A stretch of 64,000 nt of DNA from Christensenellaceae bacterium. GTDB lineage: Bacteria > Bacillota > Clostridia > Christensenellales > Christensenellaceae. The notes under the pieces are model-generated. The model saw nothing but the letters and a program-made list of their open reading frames with translations. It was not told the origin of the DNA and ran no database searches. Of the stretch, positions 1 to 9,580 are shown in pieces. Location: assembly GCA_036660175.1 (NCBI GenBank), contig JAVXBD010000001.1:4511-68510 (forward strand), written 5' to 3'. The position numbers were made by a program, and so were the translations under genes. The first letter of the stretch is position 1. Each line of letters starts with the position of its first letter.

Positions 1-178
1 CTGCGGGTGCTTCTGTTGCTGCTGCTGGCGCTTCTGTAGCTGCTGGTGCTTCTGTTGCTGCTGCTGGCGCTTCTGTAGCTGCTGGAGCCTCTGTAGCTGC
101 TGGAGCAGGAGCGATAGAGCATGCTGTAAAGGCAAACACCATTACAACTGCCAAAATGATTAGTAGTGTCTTTTTCAT
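1..178 (-). CDS. Sugar ABC transporter substrate-binding lipoprotein, N-terminal part only (gene runs off the left edge)
   Basis: Reverse-strand ATG at 178 with GGAGG (RC of 186-190) 7 nt upstream. It translates to MKKTLLIILAVVMVFAFTAC (signal peptide plus lipobox Cys) followed by TEAPA-type Ala/Pro repeats. This is the same architecture as the complete binding protein at 37515-38654. It lies directly downstream of the permease genes. Confidence 0.75.
   Translation of the reverse strand, partial: MKKTLLIILAVVMVFAFTACSIAPAPAATEAPAATEAPAAATEAPAATEAPAAATEAPA
6..83. repeat. Perfect 39-bp tandem duplication (6-44 = 45-83) inside the coding Ala/Pro/Thr/Glu linker of the binding lipoprotein
   Basis: The unit ggtgcttctgttgctgctgctggcgcttctgtagctgct is read twice back to back. 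It is in frame (13 codons), followed by a degenerate partial copy. Confidence 0.9.
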
Positions 179-250
179 ATTCTTTCCTCCTTAAGATTTT
201 TCGTTTTTATTTTTGAATAAGGTGATTTTTTCACCTCAAAACAAACAGTG

Positions 251-1282
251 TTATTTTTTCAGTTCTTTTACCTGCCTAAGCAGTGGAAGTCTGATACCTT
301 TTACCTTGTCCTGCATATACTGCGAAATCGACTCGTATAATACAACTGCAGCAAGTACAATACCAGATGCAAAAACCTGTGCCTCATACCCTGTGCCAAA
401 GCACGACAGCATATTAAACAACGTCATTAAGGTAAGCACCGCAAAATAACTCTTTACAACTGTACCCTTGCCGCCTGACATTGCCACACCGCCGATGATG
501 ACTGAGGCAATAGTAACCATCAATGGGCTGATGCCCTTGTCACCCATATTTGGAACGGCCGTTCCTTGACCCGCCGCAAAAAGTGCGCCTGCAAAAGCCG
601 CAAGTCCGCCGCAGATTGTAAATGCCAGTATCAGTTGCCTGTCTTTTTTAATACCTGCCAGCCATGCAGTCTCTGCATTACCGCCCACCATATAAAACGC
701 ACGCCCAAAACGTGTCTTTCCAAGGATAATCGCAAAGATAACAACCGTCGCAATTGTAATAATAGTGATAGGTGCCAGCAACGGAATCTTATCTGTCAGC
801 AACCAATCAGAGAATGAATAATCTCCGTTTACACTGATAGAACCACTCTTTGTATAAAGGAATATCAATCCTTGCACAATGGTCATGGTTCCTAAAGTCG
901 CAATAAATGAGTTTATTTTCCCTTTTGCAACCAAAAATCCGTTGAATAACCCAAATGCAACACCCACCAAAATAGCAATTATAAAACTTAGAAACCATCC
1001 CAGTCCATTGTTTGTAAACATACCCAGTGCAATTACCGCACCAAGATTCATAACTGCCTGAATGGATAAATCAAGCTGCCCGCATATCATAACGATACTC
1101 AGTCCAATCGCAAGCATCGCATATAAGTTTGCTGTTTTAAGCAGTGAATTTAAGTTAAACGCATTAAAGAAGTTAGGCGCTGCAAACGTTGCAATTAAGA
1201 AAACAACTGCAAATATGATAAATATTCTGTTTTTATCAATATAATAACTTGTATTACGTGCTAATTTTTTCTTAAACATCAT
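251..1282 (-). CDS. Sugar ABC transporter permease (RbsC/MglC-type)
   Basis: 343-aa highly hydrophobic ORF with multiple TM segments and ribose/galactoside-type permease sequence character. Its start overlaps the stop of the upstream permease gene. Confidence 0.85.
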   Translation of the reverse strand: MMFKKKLARNTSYYIDKNRIFIIFAVVFLIATFAAPNFFNAFNLNSLLKTANLYAMLAIGLSIVMICGQLDLSIQAVMNLGAVIALGMFTNNGLGWFLSFIIAILVGVAFGLFNGFLVAKGKINSFIATLGTMTIVQGLIFLYTKSGSISVNGDYSFSDWLLTDKIPLLAPITIITIATVVIFAIILGKTRFGRAFYMVGGNAETAWLAGIKKDRQLILAFTICGGLAAFAGALFAAGQGTAVPNMGDKGISPLMVTIASVIIGGVAMSGGKGTVVKSYFAVLTLMTLFNMLSCFGTGYEAQVFASGIVLAAVVLYESISQYMQDKVKGIRLPLLRQVKELKK

Positions 1283-2273
1283 CTCTCCCCAACTTTCTTA
1301 ATGATTTTGAATTGACAAATATAATAAGTATGAATATTGCACCAATGATAATGTTCTGTACAAAGGTGCCAATTCCGATAAACGTCAGGATATTAGACAG
1401 CATCTTGACCGTAAATACACCGCCCAGCACACCGATAAAGTTTCCTCTGCCGCCTGCAAGCGTGACACCGCCCAAAACAATTGCTGTTGCCGCCTGAAAG
1501 TCATATCCCACACCGTTATAGTACGCACCAACTTTACCAAATGATGTAATGAAAATTCCTGCAATCCCTGCTGCAATTGCGGTAAAGATATATGCCTTAA
1601 TAATGTTTGACGGAACGTTGATTCCAGAAAACTTTGCAACTTCTGGATTCGAGCCAATTACTTTTAACTGCTGGCCAAATTTTGTTTTGGTTAAAATATA
1701 TTGTGCAATCACAATCAAAACAATCATTACAACTACCGCCAGCGGTATTCCCAAAACATTTGTTCTTGAGATGTTTACAAATGCCTCTGCTGCTTGCGGA
1801 TTGCTCGCCGCCGCAGTATCTGGATAAATCTGTTTATTTGAATACAACCAACGAATCAGACCGTCCAGCATAAAGTTCATGGACAGCGTCCATATGACTG
1901 GATTTGCTTTTAGTTTTCCAACTACAAATCCATTAATCGCTCCAATAATAATTGCAGTTGTCATACCGAGCGCAAGCGCTGGCACAATTCCCAATGAAAG
2001 AGTATCTACTGCTACAATTCCGGATATTGCAATGATAATCGGCGCACTCATATCCACCATGTTGCCCGAGAACGTTACAAACGCCATACCAGCACACAAT
2101 ATCCCCAAAAATGCACCTGCTTGAATGATGTTCATGAAATTATCAGCCGTAAAAAACTTCGGATTAACAATTGTGCCGATAATAATTAAGATAATCAGTA
2201 TGAAAAATACGCCTGCTTTTGAGATAATCTCTGAAAACTTATTGCTTTTCAGACTTCTTGTATCTGTTGTCAT
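1272..2273 (-). CDS. Sugar ABC transporter permease (RbsC/MglC-type), second copy
   Basis: 333-aa polytopic membrane ORF, paralogous in character to 251-1282. There is a 4-nt ATGA-type overlap with the ATPase stop. Confidence 0.85.
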   Translation of the reverse strand: MTTDTRSLKSNKFSEIISKAGVFFILIILIIIGTIVNPKFFTADNFMNIIQAGAFLGILCAGMAFVTFSGNMVDMSAPIIIAISGIVAVDTLSLGIVPALALGMTTAIIIGAINGFVVGKLKANPVIWTLSMNFMLDGLIRWLYSNKQIYPDTAAASNPQAAEAFVNISRTNVLGIPLAVVVMIVLIVIAQYILTKTKFGQQLKVIGSNPEVAKFSGINVPSNIIKAYIFTAIAAGIAGIFITSFGKVGAYYNGVGYDFQAATAIVLGGVTLAGGRGNFIGVLGGVFTVKMLSNILTFIGIGTFVQNIIIGAIFILIIFVNSKSLRKLGRDDV

Positions 2274-3793
2274 ATTTTCATACCTCCTTCCCCATTTGCC
2301 GCCAAAAGCAGCGCATCTTCATTGATTTCCTGCTGAGATAACTCACCAATGAATTTTCCCTCACGCATAATCATCGCTCGATCAGAAAGACCAACCAGCT
2401 CTGGTAAATCAGAAGAAATCAAAATGATGCTATGTCCTTCATTCGCAATTTTTTCTATTGTTTTATGAATCAACATTTTTGCACCAATATCTACACCACG
2501 AGTTGGTTCGTCTAAAATCAACAGCCGTGGTTTTAAGGCAAGCCATTTTCCAAGCAAAATCTTTTGCTGATTTCCGCCTGAAAAGTTTGATACCATTCTG
2601 TCTTCTTCCGCAGGATAAATCTGCAAATCTTCAATAACCTGTTTTAGTGCTGGATTCCCAGCTTTTTTTGAAAAATACAGCCCTTTTGTAAGTTCTGGAA
2701 TCATAGAAGACAAAATATTTTCGGACATACTGAGCCTTAGTGCCAAACCTTGCAGTTTTCTATTTTCTGTCAGATATGCCATGCCACGTTTCATTGCTTG
2801 CTGCATATTTTTGTTTTTGATGGTTTGACCTTCAAAAATCATTTCTCCCTCATCAATCGGATCAATCCCAATAATGGAGCAGGCAAGCTCGCTTCTTCCA
2901 GCACCTGCAAGGCCGCAAATACCCAATATCTCGCCTTTGCTTACATGAAAAGATACATTATGAAAAAATCCCCACCTTGAAAGATTTTTTGCTTCAAAAG
3001 CAATTTCGCCAATATTTGCATCTCTTTTCGTATAGAACTTATCAATTTTTTGTCCTACCATCATTTCAACAAGCTTAGAAGAAGTCATGTTTTCAATCTC
3101 ATTTGTTGAAACTTTTTTTCCATCACGCATAACAGTTACTCTGTCAGCAATTTCAAAAACTTCCGGCAAATGATGAGATATATAGATAATCGCCATACCC
3201 TGCTCTTTCAGACCATTTATAATAGTAAATAATCTTTTTACTTCTTCGCTTGACAAGGAAGAAGTCGGCTCGTCCATAACCAATATAGATGGATTACTGT
3301 ACAGCGCCTTACCTATCTCTACAAGTTGTGCCTCGTGCTGAGAAATTTCACTAATTTCAATCGTGGGATCAATGTATTCCAGCCCCACACGTTTCAAAAT
3401 ATCTTTTGAAATTTCAATCATCTTCGTTTTGTCGATAAACAATCCTTTTCTTGGTAATTGTCCTACCAACATGTTTTCCGCAACAGATAACGGTTTTGCA
3501 AGTGATAATTCCTGATAAATCATTCCTATTCCATGCTGTTTTGCAATCAGCGGTGTCGTCAGTCTTGCAGACTGTCCATTTACCACAATATCCCCTGTAT
3601 AATCATCAAAGGAACCTGCCAGCATCTTCATAAGCGTTGATTTACCTGCGCCGTTTTCTCCCATCAGCGCATGAACTTCTCCTGCTTTTACCTGAAAATC
3701 TACGGCATCTACCGCCAGCGTACCTGGAAAGCTTTTAGAAACGCTTTTCATATCAAGTACAACCTGACCAATTTTACTACTCATTTCAGACAA
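2270..3793 (-). CDS. Sugar ABC transporter ATP-binding protein with duplicated ABC domains (RbsA/MglA-type)
   Basis: Two Walker A motifs (GENGAGKST, GLAGAGRSE), a signature FSGGNQQK, and Walker B motifs ILVMDEPT and LLILDEPTRGVD. The TTG start has GAGGG upstream. Confidence 0.9.
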   Translation of the reverse strand: MSEMSSKIGQVVLDMKSVSKSFPGTLAVDAVDFQVKAGEVHALMGENGAGKSTLMKMLAGSFDDYTGDIVVNGQSARLTTPLIAKQHGIGMIYQELSLAKPLSVAENMLVGQLPRKGLFIDKTKMIEISKDILKRVGLEYIDPTIEISEISQHEAQLVEIGKALYSNPSILVMDEPTSSLSSEEVKRLFTIINGLKEQGMAIIYISHHLPEVFEIADRVTVMRDGKKVSTNEIENMTSSKLVEMMVGQKIDKFYTKRDANIGEIAFEAKNLSRWGFFHNVSFHVSKGEILGICGLAGAGRSELACSIIGIDPIDEGEMIFEGQTIKNKNMQQAMKRGMAYLTENRKLQGLALRLSMSENILSSMIPELTKGLYFSKKAGNPALKQVIEDLQIYPAEEDRMVSNFSGGNQQKILLGKWLALKPRLLILDEPTRGVDIGAKMLIHKTIEKIANEGHSIILISSDLPELVGLSDRAMIMREGKFIGELSQQEINEDALLLAANGEGGMKI

Positions 3794-3878
3794 AAGTTAG
3801 CACCCTCTTTCTATATTCTAATTTTATTAATTGATTATTTTTTTAGAAATCACTATATTAATAATGAATTTTAAGATT

Positions 3879-4931
3879 TTATTTTCCACAGCCATATTTT
3901 TTTGCTTCATCAAACATAGCAATAATATTTTGTGCAGGAATTTCTGGCAAAATATAGTCATGCGATGCCGCAACAATGTATCTGCCTTTACTGCCTAAAA
4001 TATCAATGATTCTGCGAGTTTCGTCACGTACCTGCTGAGGTGTTTGGTTTTGCAAAATCTCGTTTTCATCAATACCGCCAAAAAATACACAATCGTCACC
4101 AAATTCTTTTATCAGTGCCTCTGGGCTCATATTCTGTGCATTTACCTGTATCGGATTGATTGCATCTACACCAATTTCAATAAAATCACCAATGATTTCG
4201 TGAATATCTCCACAGGAGTGTACAGCCGTCACACAGCCATTCTTTTTTGCTTGTGCAATCAGCTTTGCCACATACGGTTTGTAAAACTTACGCCACATAT
4301 CCGGCGCCATCAGTAGCGCACGCTGTGATCCGAAATCATTTCCAATAAAGTACATATCAATCGTATTTGGATTTGCCTCAAACGTACGTCTATCAAGTTC
4401 ATAATAAAACTCAAAACACTTCTCAATAATTGCATAACATACATCTGGGTTGGTATACATATTAATAAAAAACTCTTCCATATCCATAAGCTCTGTAGAA
4501 TCATGGAAAAACGGTGACCAGCAGCCACCTATTAAGCAATAATCTTTTGCCCATCTCAATTGTTCTTTTGTAAATCTTACTTCATAATTATCTGGATTCG
4601 GAAACCCTTTATATGTTTCTATTTGTTTTACCGTTTCCATTTTTTCAAGCGGATGCGTCAATGCCTGTCCATAATGAACACCGCCTCGTTTAATACCCCA
4701 TTCGCTCATATGTGTACCATCTGTAAACTGTTCAAGTACAGGCCCAATATATTGAGGGCGAATTGTTTTATAATCAAGTCCTATGATTTCATATAGTGCT
4801 TCTTCCTCTGTTTTTACGTCCAATATTTCTTTGATATTCTCGGTAACCTGCGGTGCAGCACCATACCACATTGGAAATCTATCCATGCTTTGCTTTAAAA
4901 AAGGAGCTAATCCTCTTTGTCTACTATTCAT
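3879..4931 (-). CDS. Uroporphyrinogen-decarboxylase-fold (URO-D/MT2-like) protein, function unknown
   Basis: The ORF resembles the URO-D/MtaA family over its full length and has an HSCG motif (VTAVHSCGDIHEII) followed by GVDAINPIQ. I start it at the ATG at 4931 (MNSRQRG), which lies 9 nt downstream of a G8 purine tract. The longer ORF-track start (4979) has no ribosome-binding site. It is the first gene of the ABC operon. Confidence 0.7.
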   Translation of the reverse strand: MNSRQRGLAPFLKQSMDRFPMWYGAAPQVTENIKEILDVKTEEEALYEIIGLDYKTIRPQYIGPVLEQFTDGTHMSEWGIKRGGVHYGQALTHPLEKMETVKQIETYKGFPNPDNYEVRFTKEQLRWAKDYCLIGGCWSPFFHDSTELMDMEEFFINMYTNPDVCYAIIEKCFEFYYELDRRTFEANPNTIDMYFIGNDFGSQRALLMAPDMWRKFYKPYVAKLIAQAKKNGCVTAVHSCGDIHEIIGDFIEIGVDAINPIQVNAQNMSPEALIKEFGDDCVFFGGIDENEILQNQTPQQVRDETRRIIDILGSKGRYIVAASHDYILPEIPAQNIIAMFDEAKKYGCGK

Positions 4932-5226
4932 ATTCTTACACCCCCCCCTGCTTCTACGATTATCATATTGCAAAATCATCGCCTTTCAAATACAAATACG
5001 CACAAAAAGTGTTTAAAAATTCATACGAAAATAAACAAAATAATCTTGATGCAAAAATGATGGTTAAAATTTATATGAATGTTGTTTGATTTTTTATCAT
5101 TTATTCTTTTTTAAACAATAATAGGTGCTTTTTCATTATTTTTGGTGTAATATTTTACCATAAGTATAAATACCTGCATTGAACTTTAACAAACTTCCTT
5201 CCATTTTATAGAAAGGGCGGCTCATT

Positions 5227-6816
5227 ATGTATAAACTTTTAATTGTTGATGATGAAGAACTTGTGCGCAACGCTGTTGTAAACATTATCGACTGGAATTC
5301 CATCAATATTACTGAAGTTATGCAGGCAGAGGACGGCGAGCTTGCACTTGATATAGCTAATCAGTTTCGTCCTGACATCATCTTAACGGATATTCGTATG
5401 CCTTTTATGGATGGACTGGAGATGGCAAGACAGGTGCATGAAATACTTCCTGAAACAAAAATTGTGATATTAACTGGTCATGATGAATTTGAATATGCTG
5501 TGAAATCAATCAAACTTGGTATTACCGACTATATCGTAAAACCCATATCGGCAGAAAACCTTCTTCAAACAATGAACAAAATCGTACGGTCTTTGGGACA
5601 TGAGCGTTCTCAAAAACTTTTACAGCAAAAAATGCGCACACAGCTACGACAAAGTCTTCCGCTTTTAAAAGAAAAGATGCTGAATCAGATGATTACAAGC
5701 AAGGCAGTCTTAGACGAACAGCAAATGCAGTATCTTGACATCGACCTTCATTATAACACCTATACCGTGTGCGTTTTCTCGGCTGGTGTAGAGCATGAGC
5801 AGGGCATAGAAGATTTTGAAGTTTTAAACATGATACTTAAGCAATCCTTAGAAACTTGCTTTAACAAAAGCGATATTGTATTCAGCAACTACAAGAATCA
5901 GCACATTGTTATACTCAAAGACTTAAGTACAGCAGATTATGACGCACGTGCAAACCTGCACCGCCTCATTGAGGAACACAACCAAAAATTCAAAGACGAA
6001 TACCATTGCTACATTAATACAGGCATTGGCACCACAGTTACAAGCATTAGTGAACTTCCCCTCTCCTATTCAAGTGCACAACACGTGATGAGCTACAATA
6101 CTGCACTTGGGAACGATATTATTTTTGATTTTATAGACCTCGGATATAAATCTCCAGAGTTTGTGTTTCCAAAAGAACTCATTGAGGAACTTCTAAAAAC
6201 AGTCTATTTAAACATCAATTGTGAAGAAAGCTTAGAGAAATTAATTGATTTTTTAGCTGGCTGCAAAAATCTCACATCCTATAATTTACAGTTATTGTGT
6301 TTTGAAATCATCAACAATATCAATAAAATGCTGCTTGAAATTGACCCTGCTCTTGATATTAGAGAATACGAAACAATTTTGCATGATACTTATGCCATCA
6401 AAACCATACAAAATTTCAAGGTATTGATTGGCGAGTTTTTACACACAATTTTTCATTTGTTTAACGATAAAAAGCAAAGCAGAAAGCAACTGATTGTGCA
6501 TAACGCAAAACAATATATTGAGAAAAATTATGCAAGCACTGACCTAAATCTAAATACGGTCGCAAACAATGTCTTTATCAGTCCCTCTTATCTTTCTGCA
6601 CTTTTTAGAAAAGAAACTCATATGTCATTTGTAGATTTTATCACGCAAATTCGAATTGAAAAGGCAAAAGAGTTTTTGGCAGCATCTGATGCTCGTACTT
6701 ATGAAGTCGCTCTAAAATCTGGTTATCAAGATCCACATTATTTTTCTGTATGTTTTAAAAAACAGACTGGACTTTCGCCCAGTGAATATAAAAAGCAATT
6801 GGAAAATACGCAATGA
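5227..6816 (+). CDS. Two-component response regulator, CheY receiver plus AraC-type HTH (YesN-like)
   Basis: N-terminal receiver (LLIVDDE ... DIILTDIRMPFMDG ... KP) and C-terminal AraC HTH (SPSYLSALFRKE ... GYQDPHYFSVCFKK). A ribosome-binding site (AAGGGCGG) lies upstream. Confidence 0.9.
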   Translation: MYKLLIVDDEELVRNAVVNIIDWNSINITEVMQAEDGELALDIANQFRPDIILTDIRMPFMDGLEMARQVHEILPETKIVILTGHDEFEYAVKSIKLGITDYIVKPISAENLLQTMNKIVRSLGHERSQKLLQQKMRTQLRQSLPLLKEKMLNQMITSKAVLDEQQMQYLDIDLHYNTYTVCVFSAGVEHEQGIEDFEVLNMILKQSLETCFNKSDIVFSNYKNQHIVILKDLSTADYDARANLHRLIEEHNQKFKDEYHCYINTGIGTTVTSISELPLSYSSAQHVMSYNTALGNDIIFDFIDLGYKSPEFVFPKELIEELLKTVYLNINCEESLEKLIDFLAGCKNLTSYNLQLLCFEIINNINKMLLEIDPALDIREYETILHDTYAIKTIQNFKVLIGEFLHTIFHLFNDKKQSRKQLIVHNAKQYIEKNYASTDLNLNTVANNVFISPSYLSALFRKETHMSFVDFITQIRIEKAKEFLAASDARTYEVALKSGYQDPHYFSVCFKKQTGLSPSEYKKQLENTQ

Positions 6817-8612
6817 AGATTTTTAAAAATACTTCTTTAAAATCAAAAATGATTTCACTAAATTCTGTTTTGGTTTTTTTTACGGTCATACTTATCAGTG
6901 TCATCGCTATTTTGTCGTTTAACAGCATCAACAACAGAAATGCAAAAGTACTGTCTAAACAAATCATCAATCAAGTTGCACAAAATATCGAATACTATTC
7001 GCAAGAAATGACCAATATTTCCAAAATTGCAAATTACGATTATCACATTCAGAAATATCTATCCGGCACTCCTGCTACAGCCACCCAGCAATACGATATG
7101 TTAAATAGCATCTCGCTTCTTTTTGAAAATGTAAGTAGTACCAGAGAAGATATTACAACCATTCTACTGTTTGATGAATTTGGCAGACCTGTTTCCAATA
7201 TAGATACCAACGACATTAATATAAACTATCGTTTTGTTGCACAGTCATGGTATAAAAAAGCACAAAATACACCTGATGGATTTGTAATGGTAAAACCCCA
7301 CAGGCAAAGCTATATCAACAATTCTTCCGAGCTTGTGATTTCCTTTATCAAACGTGTAAACCGCTTTGATTCACAGATTGGCGCAGGGATTATCATGATG
7401 GATTTAAACCTCAATGCCCTCAAAAAAATCTGTTCTAATGTGCAGCTTGGGGATGAGGGATATATTATGGTGGTAGATGCGGACGGAAATGTCATTTATC
7501 ACCCTGATTATAGTTATATGTATCGTGCATGGGATGAGATGTATATCAAAGAGGTCTATAAAGAAGATGACCCCATCATTTTTGAAGCACTCAATGCAGG
7601 AGGCAATACGCTGCAAAAAAGTATCAACGGACGGAATTTAATCATTACCTCTCAAACCGTATCCGACCTTGGATGGACAATCATCGGCATTTATCCGCAA
7701 GCCGCAATCATTGCAGAACAAACGCAGATTGCGCTTCTTATCACAGCCATAGGGTTTATTATTGTTGCGATTGGTATTTTGGCAACAACGCTTATCTATA
7801 CACTTATTTTTGATCCAATCAGCAAGCTACAAAAGAAGATGAAGCAGGCAGAAGAAGGTATTTTAAACATCAGTGAAAAAAATCATTATACTGATGATGA
7901 AATTGGTTCTCTTAACAAAAATTTTGACAACATGATTAGCCAAATTCATGAATTGATGCTCCGCATTAAAAGTGAAGAGCGACAAAAGCGCAAAGCTGAG
8001 CTTAATTTTTTGCAGGCACAGATTAATCCTCATTTTTTGTATAACACGCTTGATTCTATTGTTTGGATGGCAGAAACTAACCATAAAGATGTTGTGAAAA
8101 TGACTGAAAGTCTTGCAAAATTATTTCGTTTATCACTTTCCAAAGGCAAAGAGATCATTAAAATACGAGATGAAGTTTCGCACGTGGAAAACTACTTAAT
8201 TATTCAAAAAATGCGTTACACCAATAAATTTGATTTTAAGATTGACGTAGAAGAACAGATTTTGGATATGCAGACCTTAAAGCTTATCCTGCAGCCACTT
8301 GTCGAAAACGCAATTTACCATGGTATTAAGAACACTCGCCACAAAGGCAATATTCTTATTAAGGGCAGACTTGTTATGGACAATGTCCTTCTACAAGTTA
8401 TGGATGACGGTGCAGGTATAGAACGCACGAAAGCGGCAATGCTTCTATCTGATGATAGTAAAAAAGGGATTGGCATCAAAAATGTGGACGAACGCATTAA
8501 GCTATATTATGGAGAACAGTACGGACTTGAAATAAACAGCGAAAGGGATATTGGTACTGTGGTAGACATTTGGATACCCGCACTGCCATATTCGGATGAT
8601 TTAAATGAGTAA
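6813..8612 (+). CDS. Sensor histidine kinase, YesM/LytS-type (two TM segments, large extracytoplasmic domain, HAMP, His_kinase, HATPase)
   Basis: An N-terminal TM, an external domain of about 270 aa, then a second TM. The phosphoacceptor region is LQAQINPHFLYNTLDSI. The ATPase has an N-box (LVENAIYHG) and a G-box (DDGAGI ... GIGIKNV). There is a 4-nt overlap with the regulator stop. Confidence 0.9.
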   Translation: MKIFKNTSLKSKMISLNSVLVFFTVILISVIAILSFNSINNRNAKVLSKQIINQVAQNIEYYSQEMTNISKIANYDYHIQKYLSGTPATATQQYDMLNSISLLFENVSSTREDITTILLFDEFGRPVSNIDTNDININYRFVAQSWYKKAQNTPDGFVMVKPHRQSYINNSSELVISFIKRVNRFDSQIGAGIIMMDLNLNALKKICSNVQLGDEGYIMVVDADGNVIYHPDYSYMYRAWDEMYIKEVYKEDDPIIFEALNAGGNTLQKSINGRNLIITSQTVSDLGWTIIGIYPQAAIIAEQTQIALLITAIGFIIVAIGILATTLIYTLIFDPISKLQKKMKQAEEGILNISEKNHYTDDEIGSLNKNFDNMISQIHELMLRIKSEERQKRKAELNFLQAQINPHFLYNTLDSIVWMAETNHKDVVKMTESLAKLFRLSLSKGKEIIKIRDEVSHVENYLIIQKMRYTNKFDFKIDVEEQILDMQTLKLILQPLVENAIYHGIKNTRHKGNILIKGRLVMDNVLLQVMDDGAGIERTKAAMLLSDDSKKGIGIKNVDERIKLYYGEQYGLEINSERDIGTVVDIWIPALPYSDDLNE

Positions 8613-9549
8613 AAAAAATATTATCCTCTTTATATTGTTAGTTGCAGCACTTGTATTTTTTATTGTACTCACTTTGTTTTTTATTACAGATATTAATGCT
8701 CCCTCTGTTATAGAAAGCTCAATGTCCACACCAGAACCCCCAGTGAAAAATGTATATTACATTGCCAACTCTTTATCGCAGGCAGAAGAATACGCTTATA
8801 CCACAGATTTACGGCATAAGTTCATGAAAAATGCAAATATTGAGTTTTATATTTTAAATTCTGAAGGATTGACAACAACACAAGTAAGCAACATCAAAGC
8901 TGCACAAGAACATGCCGATTTAATCATTATAAACCCGCTTTTAGGTGATGATGTTTCAAAAAGCATACAAGAATCAAGCGTGCCTATACTTGTTTTAGAC
9001 GTTCAAGATGCCACAGGTACTACTGTTTATTTTTCTGATAAGCGCAGTGCGCAACTTATGATTCAATATATTTCTGCAACGCTATATTACGATTCAAATA
9101 TTTGCATTGTAACAAATACTTTAACCGACTCTCTTTATCTGCAAATGCTCAACCGTGTCAACTCCACTTCTCAAAAATACAATCGCTTACACGTTTTAGC
9201 CTCTTACCCTACGCACAATTTGCCTATCAGCGATATTAAAACAAAAATGCCACGGTTGCTTGAAGCGCAGTCTGTTTTAATTCTGGATGAACTTAATGCC
9301 CAATTAATCGTTGATTATTTAGTCGCAAATAATTATGAAGGTTCTATCGAAATGGTAAGCAGTAATCCGAAAATGATTTCTTATATTCAAGCAGGCAATC
9401 TGGATGCACTTGTTTTTAAAAATCCTCAAATCTATGCAGATAGTATTCTTGCAGCTTCCCTTTCGATGCTGCAAAGCAATAATATTTCATCCACCGAGTG
9501 TTATCAGCATTTAATCAATATTTACAATTTAAATGAATACCTCAACTAA
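8605..9549 (+). CDS. Membrane-anchored periplasmic-binding-protein (type I, ribose-binding-like) domain protein; putative ligand-sensing partner of the kinase
   Basis: A single N-terminal TM helix (IILFILLVAALVFFIVLTLFFI) is followed by alternating beta-alpha segments typical of PBP1 sugar-binding folds (LIIINP, VPILVLD, GNLDALV). Its start lies inside the kinase stop region (8-nt overlap). Confidence 0.6.
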   Translation: MSKKNIILFILLVAALVFFIVLTLFFITDINAPSVIESSMSTPEPPVKNVYYIANSLSQAEEYAYTTDLRHKFMKNANIEFYILNSEGLTTTQVSNIKAAQEHADLIIINPLLGDDVSKSIQESSVPILVLDVQDATGTTVYFSDKRSAQLMIQYISATLYYDSNICIVTNTLTDSLYLQMLNRVNSTSQKYNRLHVLASYPTHNLPISDIKTKMPRLLEAQSVLILDELNAQLIVDYLVANNYEGSIEMVSSNPKMISYIQAGNLDALVFKNPQIYADSILAASLSMLQSNNISSTECYQHLINIYNLNEYLN

Positions 9550-9580
9550 TCTCATAAAAAATTAACGGAGGAAGAAAATC

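Noticed and set aside
3879-4931. Calling the four URO-D-fold genes hemE (uroporphyrinogen decarboxylase)
   Set aside because: There are four paralogs, all embedded in sugar-transport operons, with no other tetrapyrrole genes in 64 kb. They also carry an HxCG motif that I associate with MT2 methyltransferases rather than HemE. I have therefore left the function open.
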